Shown piece by piece: positions 1 through 10,376 of a stretch of 20,000 nucleotides of DNA. Under the pieces are notes generated by a model, which saw nothing but the letters and a program-made list of their open reading frames with translations, searched no databases and was not told the DNA's origin. How positions within the stretch are numbered: the first letter of the stretch is position 1; every line of letters begins with the position of its first letter. A program made the position numbers and the translations under genes. The stretch spans positions 55,069-75,068 of IMG/VR virus record IMGVR_UViG_3300020201_000458; one strand, written 5' to 3'. Origin of the DNA: an uncultured virus (IMG/VR IMGVR_UViG_3300020201_000458). Its lineage: Duplodnaviria > Heunggongvirae > Uroviricota > Caudoviricetes.

Positions 1-1
1 C

Positions 2-799
2 TCCGCCTCCGTGTCACGGCGTGACTTTGAAGTGGTTCAGATCCCAGATGGAAGGGTATTCCTACCGGGCGGCTTAGGACCATCCTTCACCGGAAGTGAG
101 TTTTACAATCCAGCGACCAACACTTTCTCTGGAACTTCAGCTCTTCCACTCCCACCACTCAATCGGGAATCTTTTACCACGACGCTTTTGAGTGACGGAA
201 CCGTACTTGTCTGCGGCGGTCGTGATCCAGTAGATCTGGAGCCTTCAAGACATGCATTTAGATTCTATCCGACGATCCAGAGCTGGTCCATTGAACCATC
301 GATGTCTGTCGGTAGAGCAGCTCATCAGGCAACGTTCATCGATGGACAAGTCGTCGTCATGGGAGGATTTACTTCTGCGGCGACTGCTTCATTTCCATTC
401 GGATTCCCGGGCCCAATCGGTGGGACTGGAGATGACTTCGGAGCTAACGCTGACGTGGAGATGTATGATCCGAACTTAGGAACATGGCGGACCACTGCCC
501 CGATGCCAGTGCCACGAGCTAGGTTTTCGACGTTCGGATATATCAAGGACGGTGGTCGGATCATTGTTTTCGGTGGGTATGGAAACGCTGAAGATCCAAT
601 CGAGCAGGTTGATTTGTACGCATTCGAAAATGATGATTGGACGACTGTCACTCCATTGCCATCTGGAGTTTTCGATATAGACGTTGTTCAACTCAATTCT
701 GTCGGTCAGACAACCCTTGATTTCAAGATACTAATTCCAGGAGGAGCTCTCTCAGGTTCGACATTCAGCGGTTCTCAACTGTACAGAACTTCTGGATGA
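2..799 (+). CDS. Kelch-repeat beta-propeller protein, 5'-truncated by the window (probably virion-associated)
   Basis: Frame is open from base 2. Repeats with the Kelch pattern R..(H/F).......dG.v(l/v).GG followed later by Y/F.P...W: RRDFEVVQIPDGRVFLPGG, RESFTTTLLSDGTVLVCGG...FYPTIQSW, RAAHQATFIDGQVVVMGG...YDPNLGTW, RARFSTFGYIKDGGRIIVFGG...YAFENDDW. Confidence 0.85.
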   Translation, partial: SASVSRRDFEVVQIPDGRVFLPGGLGPSFTGSEFYNPATNTFSGTSALPLPPLNRESFTTTLLSDGTVLVCGGRDPVDLEPSRHAFRFYPTIQSWSIEPSMSVGRAAHQATFIDGQVVVMGGFTSAATASFPFGFPGPIGGTGDDFGANADVEMYDPNLGTWRTTAPMPVPRARFSTFGYIKDGGRIIVFGGYGNAEDPIEQVDLYAFENDDWTTVTPLPSGVFDIDVVQLNSVGQTTLDFKILIPGGALSGSTFSGSQLYRTSG

Positions 800-800
800 A

Positions 801-809
801 CCTACTTAC
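801..809 (+). promoter_or_regulatory. Candidate phage late-promoter motif CCTACTTAC
   Basis: Occupies most of the 15-nt gap before ATG 815, which has no Shine-Dalgarno. Similar motifs occur at 4001 and 12913. Function is inferred. Confidence 0.4.
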
Positions 810-814
810 TACAA

Positions 815-3800
815 ATGGCTGACAACTTCGGTGTATACAATCTGACTGGACGTGTTGAGTCCGTCATATCGAGTTCTCTCGAGACGGCGTTGCAACCGGT
901 GTCTGGGAATATCAACATCCGTCGGTTGCCAGAAAGACATCTTCGAGATTTGGCAGAATTTGATCTACAAGACGAATCGTTCGCGAAAATCAAAAATTCG
1001 TTTGTCATCGCCGAGCTGTCGTCCTCTCAACATGAAGTGACGTCTAGGAATGCCTTCCTAAGTGGAACGGAACAACTTGAGTTCACCGATGTTCCAGCAA
1101 CTGGTTCCGTATATTACTCCAAGACTAACAGATTTCGGCAGTTGACGTACAAATTGTCGGCTTCTGCTAATCTTCCGATTGTCCCAGGAAATACTCGTGA
1201 CCCAAGCACTATTGAGAACGTTTCTCGCGGAACATTCCACCCAGTTTCTGGTTCGTACAGGAACAATAGTTACTTCGATCCCGCTGTTTTTACGATTGAT
1301 GTTCCCGAATATGGGAAGATCCGTGACATCAAGGTGTGGGTCGAACTCGTCCATGATCATCGTGGCGGAACGGGTCAGTGTCTGACGGCGTCCAGTCCTT
1401 TCTACGGTGGTGGCTCCGGGACGTTAGAGGACGATCTAAAACACGGACTTCAAGGACTTCAGATTGCTCTTCGCAGTCCTAACACAAACTTCAAATACTC
1501 CCATCCTCTTTGGAATGATCCTACGACGTTTGGTTTCGAAAAACGTCCAGACTCTGTCGTAGACGGCCGTTTCAAGGGAGTCCCAGATCTACTTAAGAAT
1601 TCATATCTTCTGTGGGGCGGTCACTCTTTGGAGAGTGATCTTGGTATTACTCTTGGTTCGCTGACGTCTTCTTCGCCATCCGAATATACACTGGGCATCG
1701 TTGTGACTGGGTCATTCGACAATCAGATTACGTATCCATCCATGCAAGTCGACAAAGATGATCAGCCAGTGATCATCTTCGACATGCCCTTTGAAGGAAA
1801 GATGAAGATCCGTCGGTCATATTTCGACGGTGTCAATCCTCTTCTCTTTGCGGAAGAGGTAGTCACTTCGACATTCAACGTTGCGGGTATGACACTACTT
1901 TTAGGGTCAGACAAGAGGACCCCGCATATCCTCTTTGCAGAGAATGGGAATACAAGTCTTCGTTACATTCGGTCAAGTCCGACCGGCTGGGTCGGACCAG
2001 ACGTCGTGACCGCGTGTACTAACCAGTTGGCTCACGACTTTGCTATAGATTCCAACAACAAGGTCATGATTTTCAGTCGTGGTAATGATTTCATTCCAAG
2101 TATCTTTGTCTCTTCTTCGGTCGCAGGCTGGGAGAGAAATAAAGTCGGAAAAAACTCAGCGTATTTCTTTTTCCACTCTATCCAAGTAGATTCAAACGAT
2201 GTATTCCACTTCTCTTATCTAGATCATGACGATGCTGGAGATTGGGTCTTCTACGGTACGACAGGTTCGGCAGGATTGACAATCGAGAAGGCTACCATTG
2301 TTGATTTCACACTATCGGCAAATCCGTTTCTCGCTTTGGCGTTAAATTCGCGTGGTGTACCAACGATCGCCATCGGCGCAAACGAGAGCGGAATACGACT
2401 TATTACGTCTGGTACCACCGGGTGGTCTTCAAAGGTTCACTTCGACAATATTCTCTTTTCTCCCAAGTTTTTTCCGAAAAACGCAGTATTCGATAGTAAC
2501 GACGATCTTCACATCATCACAGACATGTACAAGTACAGAGGGGTGAATAATTTCGATCTCGGAATTGTAAGATCGAGTTCGAACGGGATGTCTCTTGAAC
2601 CTGTCGTGGATAGAACTGTCAATACGGGTAACGGCGGATATCCTGATCGATCTGTCGACTTTGATTCGGTCGGTAATCTTCATATCATGCACAATGAGGC
2701 CTCCGGCTTAGGGGTTTTTGGAAGCATCCATCATTTGAAGAAAAATTTTCACAACTACAACGATGCTGCGTACTATGAGTATGATACCGACATCGATATG
2801 CGCACTGTTTTTACGGATTCATCTCGAGTGTCGAATCCTAGGCATCTTGAGGACAACTACGAAAGTTCCACGTCCATCTCGCCTGGTCCATCGTCCATTC
2901 AGGTGGAGCGAGTTAGGAAAGAAGGTTCATACCCTAGCCCCACGTCGGCATCCGTCAAATTGTTCAACTACGGGTATCTAGACACCCCGTATTTCCAGAG
3001 TGCGTGGATGAGTGGCGCCAACTTTCCGTGGATGTTAGATTCTCGTGTTCCGCCAGGAAATTTTCAGGGACGCAACTTTAGCGCGACCTCGTCTTTGAAC
3101 ATCCCAATTCCTCCAGGCTGGTTGTCAGGACCAGCATACACTCCCACGGCCGGGGAATTCCCGACCAGCGGCTCTCAGATTGGTCCCGCTAACATCAAGC
3201 CCGTGTATCCACTGCTGGATGATATCTTTGCAGAGAATGTCGTACGGCAGTCTTCTTTGACGTCCACCCCAGCACCTGATTCGTTCTCCAAGAAAATCGT
3301 AGGGTTTAGACCAGGGTTGAGAGGGACCGAGATCAATGGGAAATGGCAACTGCTGATCGGGAATAACGCTGACTACATTACCGGAAACATGACTGGGAGT
3401 CTACGTGGCGGGTATTGGTTTAGACAATTCAGGATCGAATTTCTCGTTGATCAGGGAGAAGATGACCAGTACAAGTCGATGCCAAGTCGAGCATTCAAGT
3501 ACAAGAAGCCAGGATACGTGACTGGTGGCGCAGGACGACGTCTCTTCCACATCGTGTCTGGTAGTGCTGCTTGGGACATAGGCGTCAATAACATTTTTAC
3601 GGTCCAACGAGATGAATACGGTAGAAGCGTAGGGATTACCAGCGTGACCGGGTCTACCCAGTTCGCCGTTTTCTCTCAATTGACTGGTGTCCTTCCCGAT
3701 ATTCTCTCGGCCGCTGGTTCGTACGATCAGGTCCAGTCCACGTATCTCTCGAACGAGTTCGGGACACCATACGTGCCCATCACTTCAGGTTCTGCCGAAA

Positions 3801-3979
3801 TTCCGTCCTTCGATGTATTCGACGTCGACGAAGCGAAGAAGTCTCGTTTGGTCTTCGATCAAGTTCTAAACCCGAAGACTTTGATTCCTAAGGACAACAC
3901 TCTCCGTGCTTCCTTGGCTCGGGCTGACATCGTAAAATCTACCCGCGACTTCATTCTGACCAAGATCGGTAAGGGTTGA
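815..3979 (+). CDS. 1054-aa putative virion protein: proprotein-convertase P-domain-like jelly roll with an inserted 7-blade beta-propeller
   Basis: P-domain-like segments FTIDVPEYGKIRDIKVWVELVH, LQIALRSPN, DMRTVFTDSS and LRGTEINGKWQLLIGN...FRIEF. Seven repeats of the type s(I/V).(V/F)DS.g..HI lie between about 1733 and 2740. Confidence 0.7.
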   Translation: MADNFGVYNLTGRVESVISSSLETALQPVSGNINIRRLPERHLRDLAEFDLQDESFAKIKNSFVIAELSSSQHEVTSRNAFLSGTEQLEFTDVPATGSVYYSKTNRFRQLTYKLSASANLPIVPGNTRDPSTIENVSRGTFHPVSGSYRNNSYFDPAVFTIDVPEYGKIRDIKVWVELVHDHRGGTGQCLTASSPFYGGGSGTLEDDLKHGLQGLQIALRSPNTNFKYSHPLWNDPTTFGFEKRPDSVVDGRFKGVPDLLKNSYLLWGGHSLESDLGITLGSLTSSSPSEYTLGIVVTGSFDNQITYPSMQVDKDDQPVIIFDMPFEGKMKIRRSYFDGVNPLLFAEEVVTSTFNVAGMTLLLGSDKRTPHILFAENGNTSLRYIRSSPTGWVGPDVVTACTNQLAHDFAIDSNNKVMIFSRGNDFIPSIFVSSSVAGWERNKVGKNSAYFFFHSIQVDSNDVFHFSYLDHDDAGDWVFYGTTGSAGLTIEKATIVDFTLSANPFLALALNSRGVPTIAIGANESGIRLITSGTTGWSSKVHFDNILFSPKFFPKNAVFDSNDDLHIITDMYKYRGVNNFDLGIVRSSSNGMSLEPVVDRTVNTGNGGYPDRSVDFDSVGNLHIMHNEASGLGVFGSIHHLKKNFHNYNDAAYYEYDTDIDMRTVFTDSSRVSNPRHLEDNYESSTSISPGPSSIQVERVRKEGSYPSPTSASVKLFNYGYLDTPYFQSAWMSGANFPWMLDSRVPPGNFQGRNFSATSSLNIPIPPGWLSGPAYTPTAGEFPTSGSQIGPANIKPVYPLLDDIFAENVVRQSSLTSTPAPDSFSKKIVGFRPGLRGTEINGKWQLLIGNNADYITGNMTGSLRGGYWFRQFRIEFLVDQGEDDQYKSMPSRAFKYKKPGYVTGGAGRRLFHIVSGSAAWDIGVNNIFTVQRDEYGRSVGITSVTGSTQFAVFSQLTGVLPDILSAAGSYDQVQSTYLSNEFGTPYVPITSGSAEIPSFDVFDVDEAKKSRLVFDQVLNPKTLIPKDNTLRASLARADIVKSTRDFILTKIGKG

Positions 3980-4000
3980 TCCGAAGAATGCCTGGCGGAC

Positions 4001-4010
4001 CCATACTTAG
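4001..4010 (+). promoter_or_regulatory. Candidate phage late-promoter motif CCATACTTAG, followed by SD-like AAGGGGA
   Basis: Intergenic, directly upstream of the SD (4011-4017) and TTG start at 4027. 8/10 identical to CCATACCTAT at 12913. Confidence 0.4.
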
Positions 4011-4026
4011 AAGGGGATGATTTGAC

Positions 4027-4677
4027 TTGGCTGGATTTCTAGACAAAAATACTCGTATCATCGACATGGTCTTGACCAGTCATGGGAAACGTTTGTTTTC
4101 GAAGGGAGAGCTACATTTTTGTTACTGGATTCCCTACGACGATGAGATCGACTATCAACCCTTCATCGCCGAAAGTGGATCCCTGAGCGCTGATCAGCTG
4201 AGCGCTTCTATTTACCAAGCCATTGAGACGACACCTCTTCGTGAAGCTACGACAGGCTACAGAAACTTCAATGGCAGTGGATCAGACTTCACCAATGTCA
4301 ACAATCCGATCTTTACTATGGCTCAGGGACAAGAGGTACTTCCACGAACTGTTTTCCCCGAGAATTTCCAGAGGACAATCGAGTCTAAACAGAGACAGGT
4401 GGAGCAGATCTTCCAAGATCGAGATGACAGGGGAAAGTACGACAATCCTCTTGAATCTAGAGATCTCGGGATCGAGAGGTATGATTCCTCGACATTCGTT
4501 CTAGAATTCACGTATTCGAAAGATAGTTTTCCTACTGACTTTCAGCCTTATGGGTTTTTCCTAAGAATGCTTCGTAGTGGTTCGAACGGGTGGACTGAAG
4601 TACTTTCTCGAAGGGACATGAGTAACGATCTCTCGTACAACAACGATGTTCGTATCTTCACGGGTAGGAGGGGTTGA
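4027..4677 (+). CDS. Putative baseplate/tail structural protein, paralog of 13125..13841
   Basis: TTG start with SD. N-terminus MAGFLDKNTRIIDMVLTSHGKRLFSKGELHFCYWIPYDDEIDY aligns by eye with MGFQDNSGEIFIDAVLTDEGRERLARNDGSFAIVRFRLGDDEVDY; both later have an (E/D)TP..EA.T-like motif. Confidence 0.7.
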   Translation: MAGFLDKNTRIIDMVLTSHGKRLFSKGELHFCYWIPYDDEIDYQPFIAESGSLSADQLSASIYQAIETTPLREATTGYRNFNGSGSDFTNVNNPIFTMAQGQEVLPRTVFPENFQRTIESKQRQVEQIFQDRDDRGKYDNPLESRDLGIERYDSSTFVLEFTYSKDSFPTDFQPYGFFLRMLRSGSNGWTEVLSRRDMSNDLSYNNDVRIFTGRRG

Positions 4678-4680
4678 TAA

Positions 4681-7600
4681 ATGCCATTTTTCTTCGGGAC
4701 AGCTCCGGGAACGTCGACGAACATCGACTCTGATGCGGCCAAACGCTTTCCGAGCACGGGCACTGGGCAGAGGAAATTTTCAGGTCCCGATCTTTCTTCA
4801 GAGCAAGAGACCAGAGATGTAACTGTAGTCTCAAACGGCGAACACCTCGTCGAACAAGCTTCTTCTATGAAGGGTGTAGCCATGGTTGCCGAGCACATCG
4901 CCGCCGCGGCTCGTTCAAGCCTCCAACTGGCCCGGACACAGATCTTGTCTACTCCTGGTCTGCTGTCGCTTGACATCCGTGAGACACTCTCAAATTTTAC
5001 CGAAGACGATCTTGCCCATTCCAGAGATCTAAAGGCTAGAGAACTTGTGACTCGCACGCCAGTCGGATTTCTTGATACTGGAAGAATCTCCGCCGATCTA
5101 TATAAGCGACTGCCATCTTCAGTTTTTCAAACAAGAATCCAGGACTCATCACCAAAGATGTTCAATCCAGCTGTTCCGCAACTCGATAACATTCGTATAG
5201 AGATGAGTAAGAATAAAGGAACGGTAGACTGTTTCTTTTCAACATTGAAGTTCAGTCTTCCGTTGGCTCAAGTTTGGGATGGAAGGGTGAAAGCCATCCG
5301 GATATTTCGGACGACTATACTTAATCCCATCTTCCAGCGTGGGGAACCTCCTGTCATTACCCTTCACGGGATGGAGAAACTTTCGGTCGACAAGATGCGT
5401 TCGCGCTCAAAGAGCAATGATCTATTGGGAGCCATGGAACACCGATTCCGCGAAGCTGGCGTTTTGAATGCAATCTCCGTTTTGAATCCGATCAATCCCG
5501 GGACAAACCTGCGTCTGTCGACCAATTCGTCAGATATCTCTGCTCAGCCCATACAAAACCCTGCGGGGGTGTCATCAGTTCTACCTGGCGCCATTCCTCA
5601 CATCGAATCATTCATGGATCCCGTGAAGTTTGGAAGTATTGATTCGGGAGTGGCACAGGATCTGAATGTTCTACAAAATATTCGAAACCAGGATCCCGCT
5701 GGATTGATTCCCACCTTGACTCACCTGACGACTCTAAATGTATTCTCTCCGTTGAAGCAGGGGCTTCTGAACAAAACTCAGGTCAAAGATCTCCGTTCAA
5801 ATCCACTTGCTGGACTGGTCGTCGATTCCAACAACGCCGCCGAGTTTAGAGAGCTCGCCTTCATCTCTTTGGACAAGCTCAAGTCTGTAGTTATTGGGGA
5901 TCACATTGAGTACACACACAATGATGAGTCAGTAGGCTATGGTCGCGCATATCGGTACTATGTCTTGTCGGTCGACAAAGACATGGTTGAAAGTATTCGA
6001 TCTAGAATAATCGATGTAACTGTAGAAGGTCTGCGAATCCCGGAACGTCCGAAGCGTGTGTTCGCGTACAACATCTCCGACGCTGTAGCAATGAACATCA
6101 TCGTGGACGACCAGTTGGTCGAGAAATTTGAATTGTTCCGAAAATCGACAGATACGTCACTCGGCGCGAATCTTCGTCTAGTTTCGTTTGACGTCGGTAA
6201 CATCAAGGGATTCAATACTGGAAACAGTATCTCTTCCAGACTTGAGAACAACTACATCAAGATCGGCGAGTCGTTGAATGGTACTCGGCAGACGGGGGCG
6301 ACGTTCTACGATCGGCGTGTGACTCCTGGTAGGAAGTACTCGTACCGAGTGTACTCAGTCGATGTCTTTGGCAACAAATCGGAGAGTCCATACGAATTTG
6401 AGATGTACTTGCCAGAGCAGATGAGACCAAACGAACTTCTCAAACCATCTTTAACGGTTGAGATCGACGCGCAGACAAGCAAGGCCCGTGTCTCTTTCCG
6501 TTGTAACGATGCGAGAGTTTCCACTCTCTTCCTCGCACGTCGAGATCTAACAATCAAGCAGAAAGCTTTCACTACTCCCGGGCAGGTCAACATCATTAAG
6601 TTGGGAGCTCCGACTTCCGGACACAGCGCCATCCAGTTCGAAGACGTTATATTGAGGGGAGACAATAAGGACACGATCTGGACTGGGTACTTCCCCAATG
6701 ACACTAACGATAACGTGTTCATCGATCGGACCGTTTCTATCGATCATGTCTATCAGTATCAAGTCTATGGCATCGATAAGTTCGGTAATTCGACACCGTA
6801 CGAAGTATCTAGACCCGTGATGATGATCCGTCGTCCGCTCATCGATGCACCTTTGAACCTCCTTGCAGAGGTCGTCCAGGGGCCTAAGTTCACTGTCGGA
6901 GGGATTAAGCTTTCCTGGCAGGATGGTAATGTGGACATTTCATCCGAGGATCGCCTTGGCAGTCGTGGCGATCTTAGTAACTCTTCAGTACGGACTCTCT
7001 ATCAGATCGAGCGGAGACGTGTCGGGGAGGAACGTTGGATCGAATTTCCGATGATCGAAGACAAGCGGTTTTTCGATCCTTCGGAATCGACAGCTGCCCC
7101 AGTGTCTAGGAAGACACTGTCCAGTCGTATTGGTATCGAACATGCTCGCTTCCGTCCACCACTCGTAGAAGCCAACCAGACGTATGTCTACCGTGTGAAG
7201 GCGTATCAGACAGGATCGTACCAAAGCAACTACGGAAACTTCGTAGAAGTCTTCGCCGCCCTACCTGTAGCCGTGCCAACCAATTTCAGGTTAAAGGCCA
7301 GCGATACGAAAATCAGTCCGTTCTACGTTGTCCTCAATTGGGACACTCCGAATGGCTCAGGAGTTATTGACAAATGGGAGATCGAACGATCGGCTGTTAA
7401 CAACTTCGCCGCAAGCAAGTTAAATGTAAAGAACCCCCGAGATTTCCAGTCTCTTCACTTTCAGACGTTTCGAACTATTTTTCATGAGTCCAGCAGATTC
7501 CGAGCGCAAGCTGTCGATAACGTCGCAACGGAGCGGGCGCTGACCAGACAGTTCAAGTCTCCTCCCACCGTCTTCACGGGAGACCATCATTTCCAAGATA

Positions 7601-7989
7601 CGAGCGTGAGCTTCGGGAATACATACTTCTATAGGATCAGGTCGATCGCTCTCAACGGCGTTGCTTCGGCATGGACATACAGAGGATTGAAACTCACTGA
7701 AGAGTCGTTCGAAAGAAAGATCGTTCCGTTCATCAATTCGGACGTCAAATTGAATCTCGTCAAAAATTTCACTCCGATCTTGATTCCAGCCATGACTTTG
7801 GTGCATGGGGCATCATCTTTTACCTTCCAGCCTTCTTTTTCACAACCGATGATTCTACCTACAGTATCCATCATTGTCGCTTCGAACGTTCCGATTACGC
7901 TGAATCCTGTTGCACTTCCTACTTACAATCCTCCTGTCGTGGCCGCTTCTTTCACCAAACAAAGAACGACAGTCTTCGGTAAGAAATAA
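4681..7989 (+). CDS. 1102-aa protein with about five fibronectin type III-like repeats (putative virion protein)
   Basis: SD AGGAGG upstream. Repeated FN3 C-terminal motif (F/Y).D..V..G..Y.Y.V...D: NDESVGYGRAYRYYVLSVD, FYDRRVTPGRKYSYRVYSVDVFGNKSE, FIDRTVSIDHVYQYQVYGIDKFGN, VEANQTYVYRVKAY, FQDTSVSFGNTYFYRIRSI. N-terminal FN3 motifs APLNL...IKLSW and VPTNFRL...VVLNW. Confidence 0.75.
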   Translation: MPFFFGTAPGTSTNIDSDAAKRFPSTGTGQRKFSGPDLSSEQETRDVTVVSNGEHLVEQASSMKGVAMVAEHIAAAARSSLQLARTQILSTPGLLSLDIRETLSNFTEDDLAHSRDLKARELVTRTPVGFLDTGRISADLYKRLPSSVFQTRIQDSSPKMFNPAVPQLDNIRIEMSKNKGTVDCFFSTLKFSLPLAQVWDGRVKAIRIFRTTILNPIFQRGEPPVITLHGMEKLSVDKMRSRSKSNDLLGAMEHRFREAGVLNAISVLNPINPGTNLRLSTNSSDISAQPIQNPAGVSSVLPGAIPHIESFMDPVKFGSIDSGVAQDLNVLQNIRNQDPAGLIPTLTHLTTLNVFSPLKQGLLNKTQVKDLRSNPLAGLVVDSNNAAEFRELAFISLDKLKSVVIGDHIEYTHNDESVGYGRAYRYYVLSVDKDMVESIRSRIIDVTVEGLRIPERPKRVFAYNISDAVAMNIIVDDQLVEKFELFRKSTDTSLGANLRLVSFDVGNIKGFNTGNSISSRLENNYIKIGESLNGTRQTGATFYDRRVTPGRKYSYRVYSVDVFGNKSESPYEFEMYLPEQMRPNELLKPSLTVEIDAQTSKARVSFRCNDARVSTLFLARRDLTIKQKAFTTPGQVNIIKLGAPTSGHSAIQFEDVILRGDNKDTIWTGYFPNDTNDNVFIDRTVSIDHVYQYQVYGIDKFGNSTPYEVSRPVMMIRRPLIDAPLNLLAEVVQGPKFTVGGIKLSWQDGNVDISSEDRLGSRGDLSNSSVRTLYQIERRRVGEERWIEFPMIEDKRFFDPSESTAAPVSRKTLSSRIGIEHARFRPPLVEANQTYVYRVKAYQTGSYQSNYGNFVEVFAALPVAVPTNFRLKASDTKISPFYVVLNWDTPNGSGVIDKWEIERSAVNNFAASKLNVKNPRDFQSLHFQTFRTIFHESSRFRAQAVDNVATERALTRQFKSPPTVFTGDHHFQDTSVSFGNTYFYRIRSIALNGVASAWTYRGLKLTEESFERKIVPFINSDVKLNLVKNFTPILIPAMTLVHGASSFTFQPSFSQPMILPTVSIIVASNVPITLNPVALPTYNPPVVAASFTKQRTTVFGKK

Positions 7990-7992
7990 GAC

Positions 7993-10368
7993 ATGGGCTT
8001 CAATTTCTTCGGCATAAACGTCCCGACCACAGTCCAAGATTTCGTCGACATCTTTCTCCCTACAGATAAGAGCAAGGAAAATTCAGACAGTTCATCCAAC
8101 GCCGCTTCTCCCGTCACCAATCCGACTCAAGCTCCTCCACCGGCTCCAGAAATCAAAGAGACTGCAGGTACCTCTGGAGCTGCCGTTGAGCCACCTTCAC
8201 CGCCTCCTGGTGTGGCATATCCGGCAGGAACGCTTCCTGACCTCTCTGGTCGGTATATCGGAAACTACGAGAAGGAGATAGTCCTAGATTTGATTGATTC
8301 ACTTCAACGTCCGCCACCGAGCATTAATTCAGAGTACATCACCATCTTGAGTCGTACTCTCTCGTGGTTGGCTCGGGAAGCTCCTTCTTCTCCAGATGCT
8401 CTCTTCAATGCCACTGGTGCGCAAGCCATGTGGAACGCTGTTGCTTTCGCTGAATCCAAAGCGTTCGGATTCCCGCTCAATGTCCTACAGCCTATTTTCG
8501 CTGGAAACGGTCTCGATTCTCAAGAGAAGATGAGAAATGAAGCCAACAGGATTAGGAACATCATATACGATGTTGTCAATCGTGTGAATTCGTTTCTTGC
8601 GCGCGCAAAGAATGCTGGTTTTATCCCTCCAGAGAATCCATTCGCTCTCGCAATGTCACTCAACGTTGGCCGTCTCGGATTTTCTCCGGTAGATCTGCAA
8701 GGGGACGTCGCGACACGCGTATCGTCTAATGTCCAGACGTATCTGACTCTTTTGGAAGCCGAAGCTACCGGAAAATTGAATCTCGATCAGAATTCTTTCA
8801 AAGCTGCGCAGTTGTCATCCGCAAACTTTTCTCTGGATGGTTACGGTGGCACTGGCAACTCATCCGTTGATCTCTCGAAGCTTCTTCCAGATGCGGATGC
8901 GATCAAGGCTCAGAAGTCTTTGGAAGCGCTGTCTGTTTTTGATTTCACCAAGCGCGTTCCGAAGATACTCTTCACCGCATTCTATGCACCAGCTGGTATC
9001 CCGAAGGGCGTCATCATCGGTTGGAAAAAGTCTCCAGATGCTTCTGGATATGTGATCCGACGAAAGAACATCTTCGATGATCGCGAAGCTGTGTACACCG
9101 TGACCAACGCGGAAGCTGTGAAGAACACTGCCAGACTGCGTGAATACGTGAGTGCCTGGATCATTTCGTTCTACGACAACGTCCAGGAAGACGTCGTCTT
9201 CGATTTCCTGGATACCGACATTCCGCCTCATGGATATTTCTTCTATAAGATCCAAGCGTACCAATTGCAAAATGACTCTCCGGGAGCGATGTTCGCCGTC
9301 CCGACAACTACGGTGAGTCTCCCTCAACACTTGAAGAACAGTATTCGTGCTGAGCTGGAATTATTGGATCCGAACAAGAAAAGTAGTGTTGTCGACTTTG
9401 CTGCCGGAACAGCTACGACTGTGATTGAGAACACGCCAGATACGATCAGTCCGTATCCGATCTTGGCGAAGTTCTTCTTCCAAGCTCCTGAGTACGACTG
9501 GATTCTTGCCGCCCTAAACATTCGGGCGTCCATCAATCGTGGTGATTCACGCACTACCACTCGAAATTTTTCGTACCTGACAGCCCAACTAGATTTTCTA
9601 TTTTCTCAGATTGACTCTGGGAGGTTTGTTCTCCCAAGCGGCGACATCACGAATATCTTGAAGAACATCGAATATTCTATCTCTAAGTTTGGAGTGAACC
9701 AAGTCGTCAAGGAAATACTACAGGAGACTGGCGCCCTGTATCATTTTGAAGGGAAAGATCCGAGTGACAACGCGCTGTTTAAGAATGTCGACACGGCGGA
9801 GGCTACTGAAAGTGGGCTCATCGCAGCTGTCGCGGCCGCCGTAGATCCCGAGACGATGACGATGAATCTCAAGACTCTGTCAAACAATCTTCCCGCGCTC
9901 CTCAGCGGAGAATTTGTGACAAGCGGACAATCGTTGACGGGAAAGGTTGGAAATCATAAATACAAGGCAAAAACGGCTAGACCGACCGAGATAAAAGTTC
10001 CAACTGCCGATCACGATACTTCGACCGGTGTCAAAGCTGAGGATGAGATCCACTACTTGAGGGAATTGGATAACCTCCACGCTAGTGTTATCGATCTAAC
10101 TACATCTGATGGGATCAGCGTCTTCATGAGAGTAATTCGCATTTTCTCGGATATTGGACCAAACCGTGGCACGCCGATTGCTTCCGCCGCTACACCAGAG
10201 ATCGTGGATCCGATAGTCGCACCGCTGCCGCCAGCTCCACAGCCAAGTCCTGTCCAGCCAGTCCTGTCTCCAGAACAACAAGAAGAAGCCGCCCACGATG
10301 CTGCCGTAGCTGCGGGCGTGACACCAGCCTACTACGTCGTAGACGGTATAAAAGTGTATATCACCTGA
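7993..10368 (+). CDS. 791-aa hypothetical protein with one FN3-like domain and Pro-rich terminal linkers
   Basis: Long ORF starting 3 nt after the previous stop. GVIIGWKKSPDASGYVIRRKN...FLDTDIPPHGYFFYKIQAY is FN3-like. Pro/Ala-rich stretches lie near both termini. Confidence 0.7.
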   Translation: MGFNFFGINVPTTVQDFVDIFLPTDKSKENSDSSSNAASPVTNPTQAPPPAPEIKETAGTSGAAVEPPSPPPGVAYPAGTLPDLSGRYIGNYEKEIVLDLIDSLQRPPPSINSEYITILSRTLSWLAREAPSSPDALFNATGAQAMWNAVAFAESKAFGFPLNVLQPIFAGNGLDSQEKMRNEANRIRNIIYDVVNRVNSFLARAKNAGFIPPENPFALAMSLNVGRLGFSPVDLQGDVATRVSSNVQTYLTLLEAEATGKLNLDQNSFKAAQLSSANFSLDGYGGTGNSSVDLSKLLPDADAIKAQKSLEALSVFDFTKRVPKILFTAFYAPAGIPKGVIIGWKKSPDASGYVIRRKNIFDDREAVYTVTNAEAVKNTARLREYVSAWIISFYDNVQEDVVFDFLDTDIPPHGYFFYKIQAYQLQNDSPGAMFAVPTTTVSLPQHLKNSIRAELELLDPNKKSSVVDFAAGTATTVIENTPDTISPYPILAKFFFQAPEYDWILAALNIRASINRGDSRTTTRNFSYLTAQLDFLFSQIDSGRFVLPSGDITNILKNIEYSISKFGVNQVVKEILQETGALYHFEGKDPSDNALFKNVDTAEATESGLIAAVAAAVDPETMTMNLKTLSNNLPALLSGEFVTSGQSLTGKVGNHKYKAKTARPTEIKVPTADHDTSTGVKAEDEIHYLRELDNLHASVIDLTTSDGISVFMRVIRIFSDIGPNRGTPIASAATPEIVDPIVAPLPPAPQPSPVQPVLSPEQQEEAAHDAAVAAGVTPAYYVVDGIKVYIT

Positions 10369-10376
10369 GGTTTTGG

